Source: Bacteroidetes bacterium ADurb.Bin217
GTDB taxonomy: Bacteria > Bacteroidota > Bacteroidia > Bacteroidales > UBA1715
Assembly: GCA_002069975.1 (NCBI GenBank)
Contig: MWCJ01000008.1
Coordinates: 3,529 to 67,528, forward strand
Length of the DNA stretch: 64,000 nt
Reading direction: 5' to 3'
Part shown: piece after piece, positions 47,454 through 58,208 of the stretch
How positions within the stretch are numbered: position 1 is the stretch's first letter
Layout: each line of letters starts with the position of its first letter
Notes under the pieces: model-generated
What the model saw: only the letters and a program-made list of their open reading frames with translations
Database searches by the model: none
What the model was told of the DNA's origin: nothing
Position numbers and translations under genes: made by a program

Positions 47454-49859
47454 TTATTTTTGTTTTTTTAGTATACGTTTAAATTTAGCAATCAATCGGG
47501 TATCTTCAAATGCTTCGTCTTCGTAATATCCGTATCCGTATTTATTGTTTCGATAAGCTCCGTATCTGTATCCGTAACTATTTATCATATTAACGTCATT
47601 TATAAGAATACATAAATTTTTAATTTTTGATTCTACAGAAATGTCGTTTATAAACTTAATTGAATTTCTATTAGTATAGTTTTGTCGCATTACAAATACA
47701 TTTAAATCGGAGTATTTCGAAATTGAAAGAGTATCGGCAACAAGACCTATAGGAGGGGTGTCAAATATAATGTAATCATACCCTGCTTGTTTTAATTCTG
47801 TAATAAATTCCGAGAATTTATCACTTTCAATTAATTCTAATGGGTTAGGAGGGATTGGTCCCGATAATATAACATTTAAATTTGGTACATCGGTAGTAAT
47901 AGTTATATCTTGTAATGTATGAGTTCCAATTAAATAATTTGTAATTCCGGCAGTAAAATTAGTTTGTAACATTTGTTGCAATTTAGGTTTTCGTAGATCT
48001 AAACCAACTACTACAACTTTTTTATTATTCATAGATATTATAGCTGCAAGATTAAGTGCACAAAATGTTTTTCCTTCACCGCTTATAGTTGATGTTAATG
48101 TTATAATAGGCGTTTGTGATTGTTTATTTTTAATAAAAAAAGCAAGATTTGTACGTATTGCCCTAAATGTTTCTGCAATAGACGATTTTGGATGTAATTT
48201 TACCGGAATTACGTCAAGAGTTCTTCTATTGTGAGCTATTGATCCTATAATTGGAATTGATGTTTTTCTTTCAATTTCTTCTCGTTCTACAATCGTATCG
48301 TTCATGAAATCGCGAACAATTAACAACAACCCTGGTATAAATAATCCAAGAAATAACGCAATTAAATAATTTAATTTTCTGTTAGGTGATGTTTGTAATG
48401 TATTGTCAAGAAGTGCGTAATCAATAAATTTTAAATCCGGTAAATTTGCAGCTTTTGTTATACCTACTTCTGCTCGTTTTTGTAGTAAATAGTTGTAAAT
48501 ATTGTCGTTCAATTCAAATTTTCGTTGAATATTTATAAGTTCACGCTCTGTACTTGGCAGTTTTTTTATTTCAGCATCTACTTTTGCTATTTCTTTTTGT
48601 GTTTCCTTTGATTCAATATGTGCGGACTCTATCAAATTATTAACATTATCAATTAAAGCAGCAATAGTATTTTTAATTTTCATATTTATAATTTGCAAAC
48701 TTGGATTATCTCCTGTTGCCGAATATTCTAATACTTGCCGTTCAGAATATAATTGACTCAATTGAGCAACTAATGTGTTTAATAATTGGTCTTGTACTCC
48801 AATTACCGAAGGTGTAATAATGTCTTTAAAATTATTTTTGTCGCGAATTGTTTTAAGTAAGTATTCGTAATATTTAATTTTAATTTCAATAAGTGATTTT
48901 TTTGCTTGAAGTTCTTCTAATTTTTTAAACATAGAAGAGCCTTCTTCACTTAAATTTACAATTTTGTTGCTCGAACGGAAAGTTTCTAGTTTTTTTTCGG
49001 CATAGGTCAGTGAATCTACTACACTTGTTAGTTGGTCGTCAATAAATTCAATGGTTTTAATAGATGTTGCATTTTTCTCTCGTAAGTCGTTTTCTATAGC
49101 TTCTATAATAAGTGTATTTAAGTATTCCACAACTTTTTCGGGAACCGAACCTTTTGATGTTAATTGTAAAATAGTTCCTTTTTTAAAACTGGCTTCTACA
49201 GTTAAATTTTTTAAATATTTCTTTGTAAGTTCATTGTAATCATGTATTTGAAAGAAAAAATCTTGCGATACATGTTCTTCCGTATCAAAAATATCTGATT
49301 TTACAATTTTAAATATATAGTCAGCATTTTCGAATGTTTCGCCAAAAAATAATTGTACCGATACAGCATTAGAATCTCGAGGTATTTCAAGTTTTACTTC
49401 GTTTTCGCTTACTATAGTTATAAATATTTTTTCTTTGTATTTTTCGGTTTTAATAGAATCTAATATAACTCGAAACGGACAATCTTCAAAAATTTCAACA
49501 TCATTTATTCTTCCTTTATCAAAATACGAAACTTGGTAATTTAATCGTTCCAATGTTTTGCGAGTAAGTGAATAGGATGTTAATATACCAATTTGATTTT
49601 CAATATTTTGTGTTTTACTTCCAAACGAGCCGAATTCTTTCATAATCGTACTCATTGCTCCCATAGCATCTTCTTTTTCGGTAAGATATACGGTGTTTTG
49701 TGATTCGTATATCGATGTGGAGTAGCGATTAATTAAAAATGCAATACTTACTGCTATAATGCCTGTAAAAATAAACCAACGCCAATTATCAAGAAATAAT
49801 GTTAGATATTTTTTTATGTTTATATTTTCTTCTTCTTGATTTTGAATTGAATTGTTCAT
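47454..49859 (-). CDS. Polysaccharide co-polymerase / tyrosine autokinase (Wzc/GumC-like)
   Basis: Wzz-type N-terminal TM and a coiled-coil periplasmic domain. Walker A SGEGKTF, and a C-terminal Tyr cluster YGYRYGAYRNNKYGYGYY. Confidence 0.85.
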   Translation of the reverse strand: MNNSIQNQEEENINIKKYLTLFLDNWRWFIFTGIIAVSIAFLINRYSTSIYESQNTVYLTEKEDAMGAMSTIMKEFGSFGSKTQNIENQIGILTSYSLTRKTLERLNYQVSYFDKGRINDVEIFEDCPFRVILDSIKTEKYKEKIFITIVSENEVKLEIPRDSNAVSVQLFFGETFENADYIFKIVKSDIFDTEEHVSQDFFFQIHDYNELTKKYLKNLTVEASFKKGTILQLTSKGSVPEKVVEYLNTLIIEAIENDLREKNATSIKTIEFIDDQLTSVVDSLTYAEKKLETFRSSNKIVNLSEEGSSMFKKLEELQAKKSLIEIKIKYYEYLLKTIRDKNNFKDIITPSVIGVQDQLLNTLVAQLSQLYSERQVLEYSATGDNPSLQIINMKIKNTIAALIDNVNNLIESAHIESKETQKEIAKVDAEIKKLPSTERELINIQRKFELNDNIYNYLLQKRAEVGITKAANLPDLKFIDYALLDNTLQTSPNRKLNYLIALFLGLFIPGLLLIVRDFMNDTIVEREEIERKTSIPIIGSIAHNRRTLDVIPVKLHPKSSIAETFRAIRTNLAFFIKNKQSQTPIITLTSTISGEGKTFCALNLAAIISMNNKKVVVVGLDLRKPKLQQMLQTNFTAGITNYLIGTHTLQDITITTDVPNLNVILSGPIPPNPLELIESDKFSEFITELKQAGYDYIIFDTPPIGLVADTLSISKYSDLNVFVMRQNYTNRNSIKFINDISVESKIKNLCILINDVNMINSYGYRYGAYRNNKYGYGYYEDEAFEDTRLIAKFKRILKKQK

Positions 49860-49876
49860 ATATCAATTAATAATTA

Positions 49877-50662
49877 TTATTTTGAATATAAGCCATACAT
49901 TATAGCTCCTGCATTAACTATAGTAGCAACACCACTTAAAATAATTGAAATAGTTGGGGTGTTTACACGAAATGATTTTAAATTGAGAGGTTCCACTATT
50001 ACAATATCGTTGGGCATTAAATAAAAATCTTTATTTGATAACACATTTTTATCGGTTAAGTCTACACGATAGGTTGTTGTTGTGTTATTTATAGTTCGTA
50101 TAATTAAAATTTTCTTTTTATCGGCAAATTGGTTTACATCGCCGGCCATTGCTATTGCTTCTAAAATATTTATATTATTACGGTATATTACAAATTGTCC
50201 CGGTCTGTTAACTTCACCTAAAATAGATATTTTAGTGTTCAATGGTTTTAGTACTACTGTGGCATTTTTAAAATACTCATTTACTTTTGTTTGAACTACG
50301 CGTTCTGCTTCGTATGCTTGTAAGCCTTCAATTTTTACGGTGTCAATTACCGGTAGTCTAATATACCCATCGTTGTCAATTGTAAATCCTTTAAGGTTTA
50401 TTGAAGTTTCGTTAATATAAGCATTTTGATTATTTGAATTTTCGATATTAAATAATTCGTTTAATTCTTTATTAATACTTAGTATTTTAACATACACAAT
50501 ATCGCCTTTTTGTAAGGTGTACTCCAATGTCTGTTTTGAAGTAGATATTTTTTCTGTTCCTTGTGGAAGATTTTCTAAATATACTAAATTTTTGTTAGAT
50601 GTACAGCCCGAAAAAAATGTAATAACTGTAATAAAAATAAGAAATACCCAAAGTTTATTCAT
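49877..50662 (-). CDS. Polysaccharide export outer-membrane protein (Wza/OPX family)
   Basis: Lipobox FSGC, a Poly_export-like GDIVYVKI segment, an SLBB-like domain and a hydrophobic C-terminal helix. Confidence 0.8.
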   Translation of the reverse strand: MNKLWVFLIFITVITFFSGCTSNKNLVYLENLPQGTEKISTSKQTLEYTLQKGDIVYVKILSINKELNELFNIENSNNQNAYINETSINLKGFTIDNDGYIRLPVIDTVKIEGLQAYEAERVVQTKVNEYFKNATVVLKPLNTKISILGEVNRPGQFVIYRNNINILEAIAMAGDVNQFADKKKILIIRTINNTTTTYRVDLTDKNVLSNKDFYLMPNDIVIVEPLNLKSFRVNTPTISIILSGVATIVNAGAIMYGLYSK

Positions 50663-50697
50663 CGTAGTAATTTTTTTGCAATAATAACAAAAAAAAA

Positions 50698-51501
50698 TTA
50701 CAAACTATACAAAAATCGTAAGGTATGTGAAAAACCTAAATAGCTGTGAAGTTCTGTTGTATATGAACACGTAACGTGAAAGAGGGAATAATCTAACCCT
50801 ACCGAAAATGGAGTATATCTATTGCTTACAACAGCATGTGCTTGTATTGATTTATGTAGCTTATAATCAACGCCTAATGATGTTTGAACGTGAGTGCTTT
50901 GATTTTTTTGGAGTCGTACCGATATGCTCGATTTTGGTATGCCAAAATATGTTGCTCCTATTTGTAAATTTTGTATTGGTTTATTATTCTTATATGTGTT
51001 GTAAATAATTTTTTGAATACTAAAGCCGGTAATTATATCTTTGGTTGGTTTATATGTTGTCGATAATTGAGGAATCAGTGTATAGTGAGATTGAACTTGC
51101 TCCTGATTCCGATTTTGTATATATTCACACGAAACAGCACATGAAACAGTTTTGTATAGAATTTTGGCATAATGCAACGAAATAGAAGGGATTTGAATGA
51201 TATCATTTCCTGTATATGAAATACTTGTGCCAAATGCTCCTTGTTTTGTTGATTTACCTGCACAGAATGTTGCATTTGTTATATCTGAAATACCATACAT
51301 ATAGTTACTAGCTGCAGCTATTTGAAGTGAATTTACATATACTAAGGTAGATGGAAAAGAATAGAGCGACCAAATGCTTTCCGGATTTATTGAATGTTCT
51401 AAGGTATTCCACATTGTAAACTGTGTAATACCCACGTGTGTTTGAGCTTTCGTTACATTATATAGGCATATAACGCAAACATATAGTTTGAGTAGTTTCA
51501 T
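50698..51501 (-). CDS. PorP/SprF-like outer-membrane beta-barrel protein
   Basis: Signal peptide. QFTMWNTLEHSINPES resembles the N-terminal QY-x-x-N-x(4)-NPA motif, and the terminal GFSHTLRFLYSL resembles the family C-terminus (from memory). Confidence 0.5.
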   Translation of the reverse strand: MKLLKLYVCVICLYNVTKAQTHVGITQFTMWNTLEHSINPESIWSLYSFPSTLVYVNSLQIAAASNYMYGISDITNATFCAGKSTKQGAFGTSISYTGNDIIQIPSISLHYAKILYKTVSCAVSCEYIQNRNQEQVQSHYTLIPQLSTTYKPTKDIITGFSIQKIIYNTYKNNKPIQNLQIGATYFGIPKSSISVRLQKNQSTHVQTSLGVDYKLHKSIQAHAVVSNRYTPFSVGLDYSLFHVTCSYTTELHSYLGFSHTLRFLYSL

Positions 51502-51608
51502 AGTATTTTTTTTTCTGATGTGTTGTTACACAATCATGGTTTGCATGTCAAAAATACTATTTTTATACAAACTGTCAAAAAAAAATACGATAAATAAATA
51601 TGAGCATT

Positions 51609-51647
51609 TAGAAACTGTTTAGATATGTCAAATATCTAGAGTTTCTA
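51609..51647. repeat. Copy of the 16-nt motif plus an imperfect inverted partner
   Basis: TAGAAACTGTTTAGAT at 51609-51624, then ATCTAGAGTTTCTA at 51634-51647. Lies about 108 nt upstream of the minus-strand PorP-like start. Confidence 0.65.
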
Positions 51648-51671
51648 TAATAGTGTTTTGTTTCTAGTATA

Positions 51672-52103
51672 CTAAAGTATAGTAATTGTTTCTATCACAT
51701 CACCTTGACGAATACTGTCAAGAACATCAAGACCTTCATATACTTTACCAAAACATGTATGATTTCTGTCGAGATGAGCAGTGTTTTCTCTACTGTGACA
51801 AATAAAAAATTGAGAGCCACCTGTATTTCTACCGGCATGCGCCATTGAAAGAACTCCTCTGTCGTGGTATTGATTATTGCCGGTTAATTCGCACGGTATT
51901 GTATAGCCTGGGCCTCCAACGCCAGTACCTTTAGGACATCCACCTTGAATTACAAAATTAGGAATTACTCTATGAAATGTTAATCCGTCGTAAAAACCTT
52001 CTTTTGATAATTTTACGAAATTTGCAACAGTTCCCGGAGCATCGGTATCATATAATTCTACCTTCATTACTCCTTTTTCGGTGTGTATTTCGGCTTTTGT
52101 CAT
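51672..52103 (-). CDS. Cyclophilin-type peptidyl-prolyl cis-trans isomerase
   Basis: [29 protein letters not shown]. Confidence 0.9.
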   Translation of the reverse strand: MTKAEIHTEKGVMKVELYDTDAPGTVANFVKLSKEGFYDGLTFHRVIPNFVIQGGCPKGTGVGGPGYTIPCELTGNNQYHDRGVLSMAHAGRNTGGSQFFICHSRENTAHLDRNHTCFGKVYEGLDVLDSIRQGDVIETITIL

Positions 52104-52107
52104 TATA

Positions 52108-52605
52108 TTAAAAACCTTTTTTGGGAGTTATCATATCTTCTATTAATACACCAACGCAACCCATAGAAGTTGGTTTTGCACGGAATCCCGAATTGTTAAC
52201 AGCTGTAGTGTTTGAGTCGTCGGGAACAGAAACTACTATTTTTACTGTTCTACTCATTAATACAGTAAATTCAAATTCTTTCACATAATTATAATCTTTA
52301 TTGTCATACAATACTTCGTTGGTATCATAGTCAATAATTTTAAATTGTATGTTGGTACCTAAAATTTCATCGTTACATACGGTAATTCTATAATCTTTAC
52401 CTTGATAAATAAGTAATCTGAATTCAGAAGTTTGACCTTTTAACAACAATGCACTACGTGAATCAGGCGAAATGCCATAATTTGTAGTTTCTTGAGTACG
52501 TTTACATTTCTTTTTATGATAATCTATACAGTCTTGAGCAGATACTGTCATCATTCCCGTCAATGTAACAATAAGCATAATGCTTGTTGTAAAAAACTTC
52601 TTCAT
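52108..52605 (-). CDS. Hypothetical secreted protein (paralog of 20733-21152)
   Basis: Signal peptide. A shared core with the 139-aa ORF is visible by eye. Confidence 0.5.
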   Translation of the reverse strand: MKKFFTTSIMLIVTLTGMMTVSAQDCIDYHKKKCKRTQETTNYGISPDSRSALLLKGQTSEFRLLIYQGKDYRITVCNDEILGTNIQFKIIDYDTNEVLYDNKDYNYVKEFEFTVLMSRTVKIVVSVPDDSNTTAVNNSGFRAKPTSMGCVGVLIEDMITPKKGF

Positions 52606-52691
52606 ATTTGATATTTTAAATTTTAATTTAATAGCACAAAAATAATAATATTTTTTAATTACAATAGCCTTATTACATTTTTTAAACTATT

Positions 52692-52982
52692 TTATGTAAC
52701 AATTATTTCACGAATGTATGGTTTTTTTACAATTTCGTTGAGTCGAGTCATTATTATTGTTCTATGTAACAATATTTCTTGCTTAACTGCCGACGATTGC
52801 ATGTGTACGGTAAGTGTGCCTTTTGATATACGAATTTGTTTGGTTGCATTTGCAAACATTGGTCCTACTACTGTTTTCCACGAGTCTTTTATTTGGGCTT
52901 CTATAATTTTATCTTCAATACCGTTTTTTTTGAAAAATTCGTCGAGAACTTCTGATAAGGGCTGAAAATTACTTCTTTTCAT
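52692..52982 (-). CDS. DUF721 (DciA-like) protein
   Basis: 96 aa. LSEVLDEFFKKNG...IKDSWKTVVG...GTLTVHMQSSAVKQEL pattern typical of DUF721. Confidence 0.65.
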   Translation of the reverse strand: MKRSNFQPLSEVLDEFFKKNGIEDKIIEAQIKDSWKTVVGPMFANATKQIRISKGTLTVHMQSSAVKQEILLHRTIIMTRLNEIVKKPYIREIIVT

Positions 52983-52995
52983 TGTACTGGTTCAA

Positions 52996-54255
52996 TTATG
53001 AATTTGTTCTCATTGCTCGTATGCGTTCCAATAGTGGGGGGTGTGAATAGTAAAAAAATACGTATAATGGATGTGGTGTAAGATTACTTAAATTCCGTTT
53101 TGATAATTTTCGTAATGCTTGTTCTAAAAAAGTACCATTATAATGAGTAGCAGCATAGGCATCTGCTTCGAATTCGTGTTTACGCGAAGCTAAATTCATA
53201 GCTATACTTATAATAAATGAAAGTGGTGAATACAAAATGCTAAACACAAATAATGCAATATGATATTTGCCTTGTTCAAATGGAATTCCTAACGCTTCGG
53301 TTAGCCATGAGCTATTAACAAGTAATCCGAATATAAACAGAAGTAAGCCCATTTGTAACAACGAAGCAGCTATCATAGTTCGGGTGTGTTTTTTCTTGTA
53401 ATGCCCTATTTCATGTGCAAGTACTGCTACTATTTCTTCGGTACTCATTTCTTGTATTAGGGTATCGTACAATACAATTCTTTTTTTTGTGCCTAATCCG
53501 CTAAAATATGCATTTGCTTTTGTAGAACGTTTTGATCCGTCTATTACAAAAATATTATCGAGTTTAAAGCCTACTTTATTGCTGAATTCAAAAATTGCTT
53601 GTTTTAATTCTCCTTCTTCAAGGGGAGTTTGTTTGTTAAATAATGGAACTATAAGGGTTGAATAAAACATTGTAATTCCTATCATTATAACAGAAATAAA
53701 GATCCAAGCATATATCCAAAAATGTTCTCCAAAATAGGTAATTAACCAAAGTAATGCAGCTAATATACTTCCTCCTAAAAGAATCATGAGTAACCATGAT
53801 TTTATTTTGTCTATTATAAATGTTTTTGTAGTTGTTTTGTTAAACCCAAATTTTTCTTCGATTACAAATGTAGAATATGCTTCAAAGGGAATTCCTAAGA
53901 TGTCAGACGCAAATGCTAATATTCCAAAAAACAAAAGACCTGCCCATATGTGATGTATTGCGTGTTCGGTACCTCCAAATGTATTGTATATGAAAGTGTC
54001 AACAAATGCAAACCCATTGAAAACTAACATGCCAAGTATAAGTATAAAACTAAATGTAGCGGTAATTAACCCAAAGTTGGTTTTGGTTTGTTCGTATTGC
54101 TGTTGTTTTTCATATTCTTCGCTATTATAAATATCTTGAAGTTCTGCAGGAAGCTTTTGTGAACGGTGTTGGGCGTTAAGTATGTCTAAAACGCGTTCTA
54201 ATATATAATCAAAAACTAATACTCCTATGATAAGTCCAAAAATAGTTGATGCCAT
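52996..54255 (-). CDS. M48 family (Ste24/HtpX-like) zinc metalloprotease
   Basis: Multi-TM N-terminal half and the HEIGHYKKKH (HExxH) motif. Confidence 0.8.
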   Translation of the reverse strand: MASTIFGLIIGVLVFDYILERVLDILNAQHRSQKLPAELQDIYNSEEYEKQQQYEQTKTNFGLITATFSFILILGMLVFNGFAFVDTFIYNTFGGTEHAIHHIWAGLLFFGILAFASDILGIPFEAYSTFVIEEKFGFNKTTTKTFIIDKIKSWLLMILLGGSILAALLWLITYFGEHFWIYAWIFISVIMIGITMFYSTLIVPLFNKQTPLEEGELKQAIFEFSNKVGFKLDNIFVIDGSKRSTKANAYFSGLGTKKRIVLYDTLIQEMSTEEIVAVLAHEIGHYKKKHTRTMIAASLLQMGLLLFIFGLLVNSSWLTEALGIPFEQGKYHIALFVFSILYSPLSFIISIAMNLASRKHEFEADAYAATHYNGTFLEQALRKLSKRNLSNLTPHPLYVFFYYSHPPLLERIRAMRTNS

Positions 54256-54362
54256 TGTTCTTTATATTTTTTAGCAAATATAACAAATTATTGTTTACTG
54301 ATTGAGATGAAAGTAGTAAGTTTATAAAGTTCTTAACGTGATTTCTGTTTATTTAATGGAAA

Positions 54363-55256
54363 TTAATTTTTTAATTTTTCTTTGTTTGAAATAGTTACTA
54401 TATATACTCCGGCAAATACAAGAATCATAGCCAATATTTTATATATGCTAAATGAATCATTGCCCATATATATAGCTATAATAGAAGCTATAATTGGTTG
54501 TATGTATATATATATGCTTACTGTAGTTGGGTTTACATGTTGTAATCCTATGATTTTGAAAAAATAGGTGAGAAATGTTGCTCCTACTACTACAAATAGT
54601 ATAGCACCGTATACATAGAGCGGAATTTCTGAAAATGATACTTCAAGTGTTGGTTTTAGTCCATACAAAAGCACTGGAAATGCTCCAAATAAAAATGTGA
54701 ATTTCATTACTGTAAACGAACTGTATTTCGTCATAAGTGGTTTTATCCATACCAAATATAATGCATATAATATTGCATTGCTTACAATTATAATGTCTCC
54801 CAATGAATGGGTAAATGAAAATGTATTGTGCGATGTAAGTATAAGTAAAAGAGCTCCGCTTGCGCCAACTAAAACGCCAAGTGCTTTAATTGGTGTAATT
54901 GGAAATTTTAATAATAATGCCGAAAAAATCATAACAAACAAGGGGTTTGATGTCATAATTATAGCTGCATTTACTGAACTGGTTAGTTCTAAGCCCCACA
55001 CTAATAACGATTGATTAATTGTAACACCAAGTAATCCTGCGATGATAAGTCGCCACCAGTCTTTTTTGTCAATGGATTCATGTTTAATAAACAATGCTGC
55101 TGCAAGTAGTAGAGCTAATGCGCCAAATCCGCGAAGTAATGCAAGCGATTGCCACGACATATGTGTAGGGATTATTTGTTGTACTGCAATAAAATTTACA
55201 CCGTAGATTATATTTGCAGCCAGTAGGGCTATATGTGCTCGTATTTTAGAATTCAT
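54363..55256 (-). CDS. DMT superfamily (EamA) transporter
   Basis: 10 TM helices arranged as two EamA-like repeats. Confidence 0.8.
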   Translation of the reverse strand: MNSKIRAHIALLAANIIYGVNFIAVQQIIPTHMSWQSLALLRGFGALALLLAAALFIKHESIDKKDWWRLIIAGLLGVTINQSLLVWGLELTSSVNAAIIMTSNPLFVMIFSALLLKFPITPIKALGVLVGASGALLLILTSHNTFSFTHSLGDIIIVSNAILYALYLVWIKPLMTKYSSFTVMKFTFLFGAFPVLLYGLKPTLEVSFSEIPLYVYGAILFVVVGATFLTYFFKIIGLQHVNPTTVSIYIYIQPIIASIIAIYMGNDSFSIYKILAMILVFAGVYIVTISNKEKLKN

Positions 55257-55396
55257 GAGGTAAAACTACATAGTTTTGTATAAAAATATATATTTCTGTT
55301 AATTTTTATTTTGAATTTGTATACATGTGTTTAAATTTTGTATTTCTAATTTTTGTGTACTCTATAAATAATGTACTTTAGCAAAAAAATATATCA

Positions 55397-56632
55397 ATGA
55401 ATGTAGAAATTATAAGTATAGGTGACGAGTTGTTGTATGGTAAAACCATAAATACAAATGCTGCATGGATAGGAGAACAGTTGTCGATGATTGGATTCGA
55501 GATTGAAAAAGTATCAACTATTTCTGATAAAAAAGATGCTATTGAGCAAACTGTAACTGCAGCAATGCAATCTCACACGGTTGTGCTCATTACCGGTGGT
55601 TTAGGTCCTACCAACGATGATATTACAAAACATGTGTTATGTGCTATGTTTAATACTCAATTGGAATTTTATGAGCCGGCATATGTTACTATTCAAGAGT
55701 TTTTACGTGCACGTAATGGCGAAATGAACGAAAACAATCGAAGCCAAGCAATGTTGCCTAAAGATGCCTATCTTGTTCGTAATGATTGTGGTACGGCATG
55801 GGGCATGTGGTTTACAACAGATAGTTCGATTGTAATTTCTATGCCGGGGGTACCATTTGAAATGAAACAAATGATGAGTACCTACATAATTCCTAAGTTA
55901 CGCGAAACTTTTGTTTTGCCTGCTATAGTTCATCGACATATTTTATGTACCGGCATTGCCGAAGCTAAATTAGCACATGTAATTGCTCATTGGGAAGCTC
56001 AATTGCCTAATTTTATTCATTTGGCATATTTGCCGTCGCCCGGTGTTGTTAAATTAAGAATGACATCAATAGGGGTAGAAGTAGAGCAAGCAAAACAACT
56101 CATTGCTCAACACGAAGCTGCATTACTTCCATTGATTTCTGAATTTGTGTACGGGTATGATGAGCAAACACTCGAAGAAATAATAGGAGAATTATTGCTT
56201 TCCAAACAAGCTACAGTAAGTACTGCCGAAAGTTGTACCGGAGGTACTATAGCAAAAACAATAGTGCAAGTACCCGGAAGTTCAAAATATTATACGGGAA
56301 GTATTATAGCGTATAGTAATGATATAAAAATAAAACAATTACAGATTTCTCCTGAATTATTGCAAACACATGGTGCAGTAAGCAAACAGGTAGTTGAAGC
56401 AATGGCTGTAAATTGTAAAAAAATATGTAATACCAACTATGCTATAGCAACTTCGGGTATAGCAGGTCCAACGGGTGGGACAACCGAAAAACCTGTTGGT
56501 ACTGTATGGATAGCCATTGCTTGTCCGTCAAAAATTATAAGTCAACATTTTTTGTTCGGAGAGCATAGGGAACGAACCATTCTGCGAACTACCATTGCTG
56601 CTTTGAATATGTTGCAAAAAAATATAGAATAG
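55397..56632 (+). CDS. cinA: CinA family protein (MoCF-binding domain plus nicotinamide-nucleotide amidohydrolase PncC domain)
   Basis: MNVEIISIGDELLYGKTINTNAAWI, ITGGLGPTNDDIT and a C-terminal TAESCTGG. Confidence 0.85.
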   Translation: MNVEIISIGDELLYGKTINTNAAWIGEQLSMIGFEIEKVSTISDKKDAIEQTVTAAMQSHTVVLITGGLGPTNDDITKHVLCAMFNTQLEFYEPAYVTIQEFLRARNGEMNENNRSQAMLPKDAYLVRNDCGTAWGMWFTTDSSIVISMPGVPFEMKQMMSTYIIPKLRETFVLPAIVHRHILCTGIAEAKLAHVIAHWEAQLPNFIHLAYLPSPGVVKLRMTSIGVEVEQAKQLIAQHEAALLPLISEFVYGYDEQTLEEIIGELLLSKQATVSTAESCTGGTIAKTIVQVPGSSKYYTGSIIAYSNDIKIKQLQISPELLQTHGAVSKQVVEAMAVNCKKICNTNYAIATSGIAGPTGGTTEKPVGTVWIAIACPSKIISQHFLFGEHRERTILRTTIAALNMLQKNIE

Positions 56633-56634
56633 TC

Positions 56635-56642
56635 TATATTTG
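56635..56642 (+). promoter_or_regulatory. -7 promoter box TATATTTG
   Basis: Exact TAnnTTTG match, 35 nt upstream of the ATG at 56677. Confidence 0.45.
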
Positions 56643-56676
56643 CACAACATAAAAAAACAAAAAACATAAAAAAACG

Positions 56677-57153
56677 ATGAAAAAAACAAATATTTTATTT
56701 GTGTGCTTGGGTAATATTTGTCGATCTCCATCTGCGGAAACTATTATGAATCATTTAATAGAATCGAAAGGATTACAGAATAAATATTATGTAGATTCTG
56801 CCGGAATTATTGGATTTCATGCAGGTGAACCGGCAGATTCAAGAATGAGAGCTCATGCTGCAAAGCGAGGGTATACTATAACAAGTATTTCTCGTCAGTT
56901 TAATCCTACTACCGATTTTAAAAAATTTGATTTAATAATTGGTATGGATAGAAAAAATGTGAAAGATTTGCAAAGCCTCACTATTGAAGAAGAGTTTTTG
57001 CATAAAATTCATGTAATGACAGAGTTTAATAAAATATTTAAAGAAGAGGGGGTTCCCGATCCTTATTATGGCGGATACGAAGGATTCGAATATGTGTTGG
57101 ATTTATTGGAAGATGCTTGTAGCGGCTTGTTAACAGAATTAGAAGAATTTTAA
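56677..57153 (+). CDS. Low-molecular-weight protein-tyrosine phosphatase
   Basis: ILFVCLGNICRSPSAE (CX5R-S P-loop) and DPYYG. Confidence 0.85.
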   Translation: MKKTNILFVCLGNICRSPSAETIMNHLIESKGLQNKYYVDSAGIIGFHAGEPADSRMRAHAAKRGYTITSISRQFNPTTDFKKFDLIIGMDRKNVKDLQSLTIEEEFLHKIHVMTEFNKIFKEEGVPDPYYGGYEGFEYVLDLLEDACSGLLTELEEF

Positions 57154-57170
57154 TTTATAATATTGTATTT

Positions 57171-58163
57171 ATGACTTATATGCCTTTAGACGATAGATAT
57201 TCACGAATGAAATATGCATATTGTGGAAATAGTGGTTTGCAATTACCAAAACTTTCATTGGGTTTATGGCATAACTTCGGTGGTGTCGATGCTTTTGAAA
57301 ATGCTAAATCTATGCTTCTACATGCCTTTGATAATGGAATTACTCATTTCGATTTAGCAAATAATTATGGACCTCCTGCCGGTTCTGCAGAAATTACGTT
57401 TGGACAAGTGTTGCACAAAGAGTTTGCTCATCATCGTGATGAATTGATAATTTCAACGAAAGCTGGCTATTGGATGTGGAATGGACCTTATGGCGATGGC
57501 GGTTCTAAAAAATATTTGGTTTCGAGTCTCGATCAAAGTCTGCAACGATTAAAACTTGACTATGTTGATATTTATTATCATCATCGATTCGATCCACATA
57601 CTCCATTGGAAGAAACTGCTTCGGCACTCGAATTATTATACAAACAAGGAAAAGCTTTATATATTGGTATTTCAAATTATTCTACCGAACAAACAAATGC
57701 AATGCTTAGATTGTTGCAACAAAAACATGTTCCTTGTTTAATTCATCAATGTAAATATTCTATGTTTCATAGAGAACCCGAAACTTCCGGCTTGTTACAA
57801 ATTCTTTCCGAAAATGGGGTAGGGTCTATTGCGTTTTCACCTTTAGCACAAGGCTTATTAACTGACAGATATAGTATGGGCATTCCTAAAGATTCACGAG
57901 CTGCAAAATCACATGGATTTTTACAATCTGGCGATGTAAATGATGCCGTATTGCAAAAAGTAGCAGCTCTACAATCTATTGCTTTGCAACGAAATCAATC
58001 TTTGGCTGAAATGGCAATAGCGTGGATTTGGGAAAAAGGTGTAACCTCGGTGTTGATAGGAGCAAGTTCTGTTAATCAATTACAAACGAATTTAAAGGCA
58101 TTAGCTTCTCCTGCTTTTTCATCAGATGAAATGAACCGTATAGAACAAGTTTTACATTCATAG
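57171..58163 (+). CDS. Aldo/keto reductase (YghZ/Tas-like)
   Basis: LSLGLWHNFG, HFDLANNYG and GISNYS motifs. Confidence 0.85.
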   Translation: MTYMPLDDRYSRMKYAYCGNSGLQLPKLSLGLWHNFGGVDAFENAKSMLLHAFDNGITHFDLANNYGPPAGSAEITFGQVLHKEFAHHRDELIISTKAGYWMWNGPYGDGGSKKYLVSSLDQSLQRLKLDYVDIYYHHRFDPHTPLEETASALELLYKQGKALYIGISNYSTEQTNAMLRLLQQKHVPCLIHQCKYSMFHREPETSGLLQILSENGVGSIAFSPLAQGLLTDRYSMGIPKDSRAAKSHGFLQSGDVNDAVLQKVAALQSIALQRNQSLAEMAIAWIWEKGVTSVLIGASSVNQLQTNLKALASPAFSSDEMNRIEQVLHS

Positions 58164-58208
58164 TAAGGCTTTACAGTTTTATAAGTCTATATAGTTAAAT
58201 TTTCTGGT

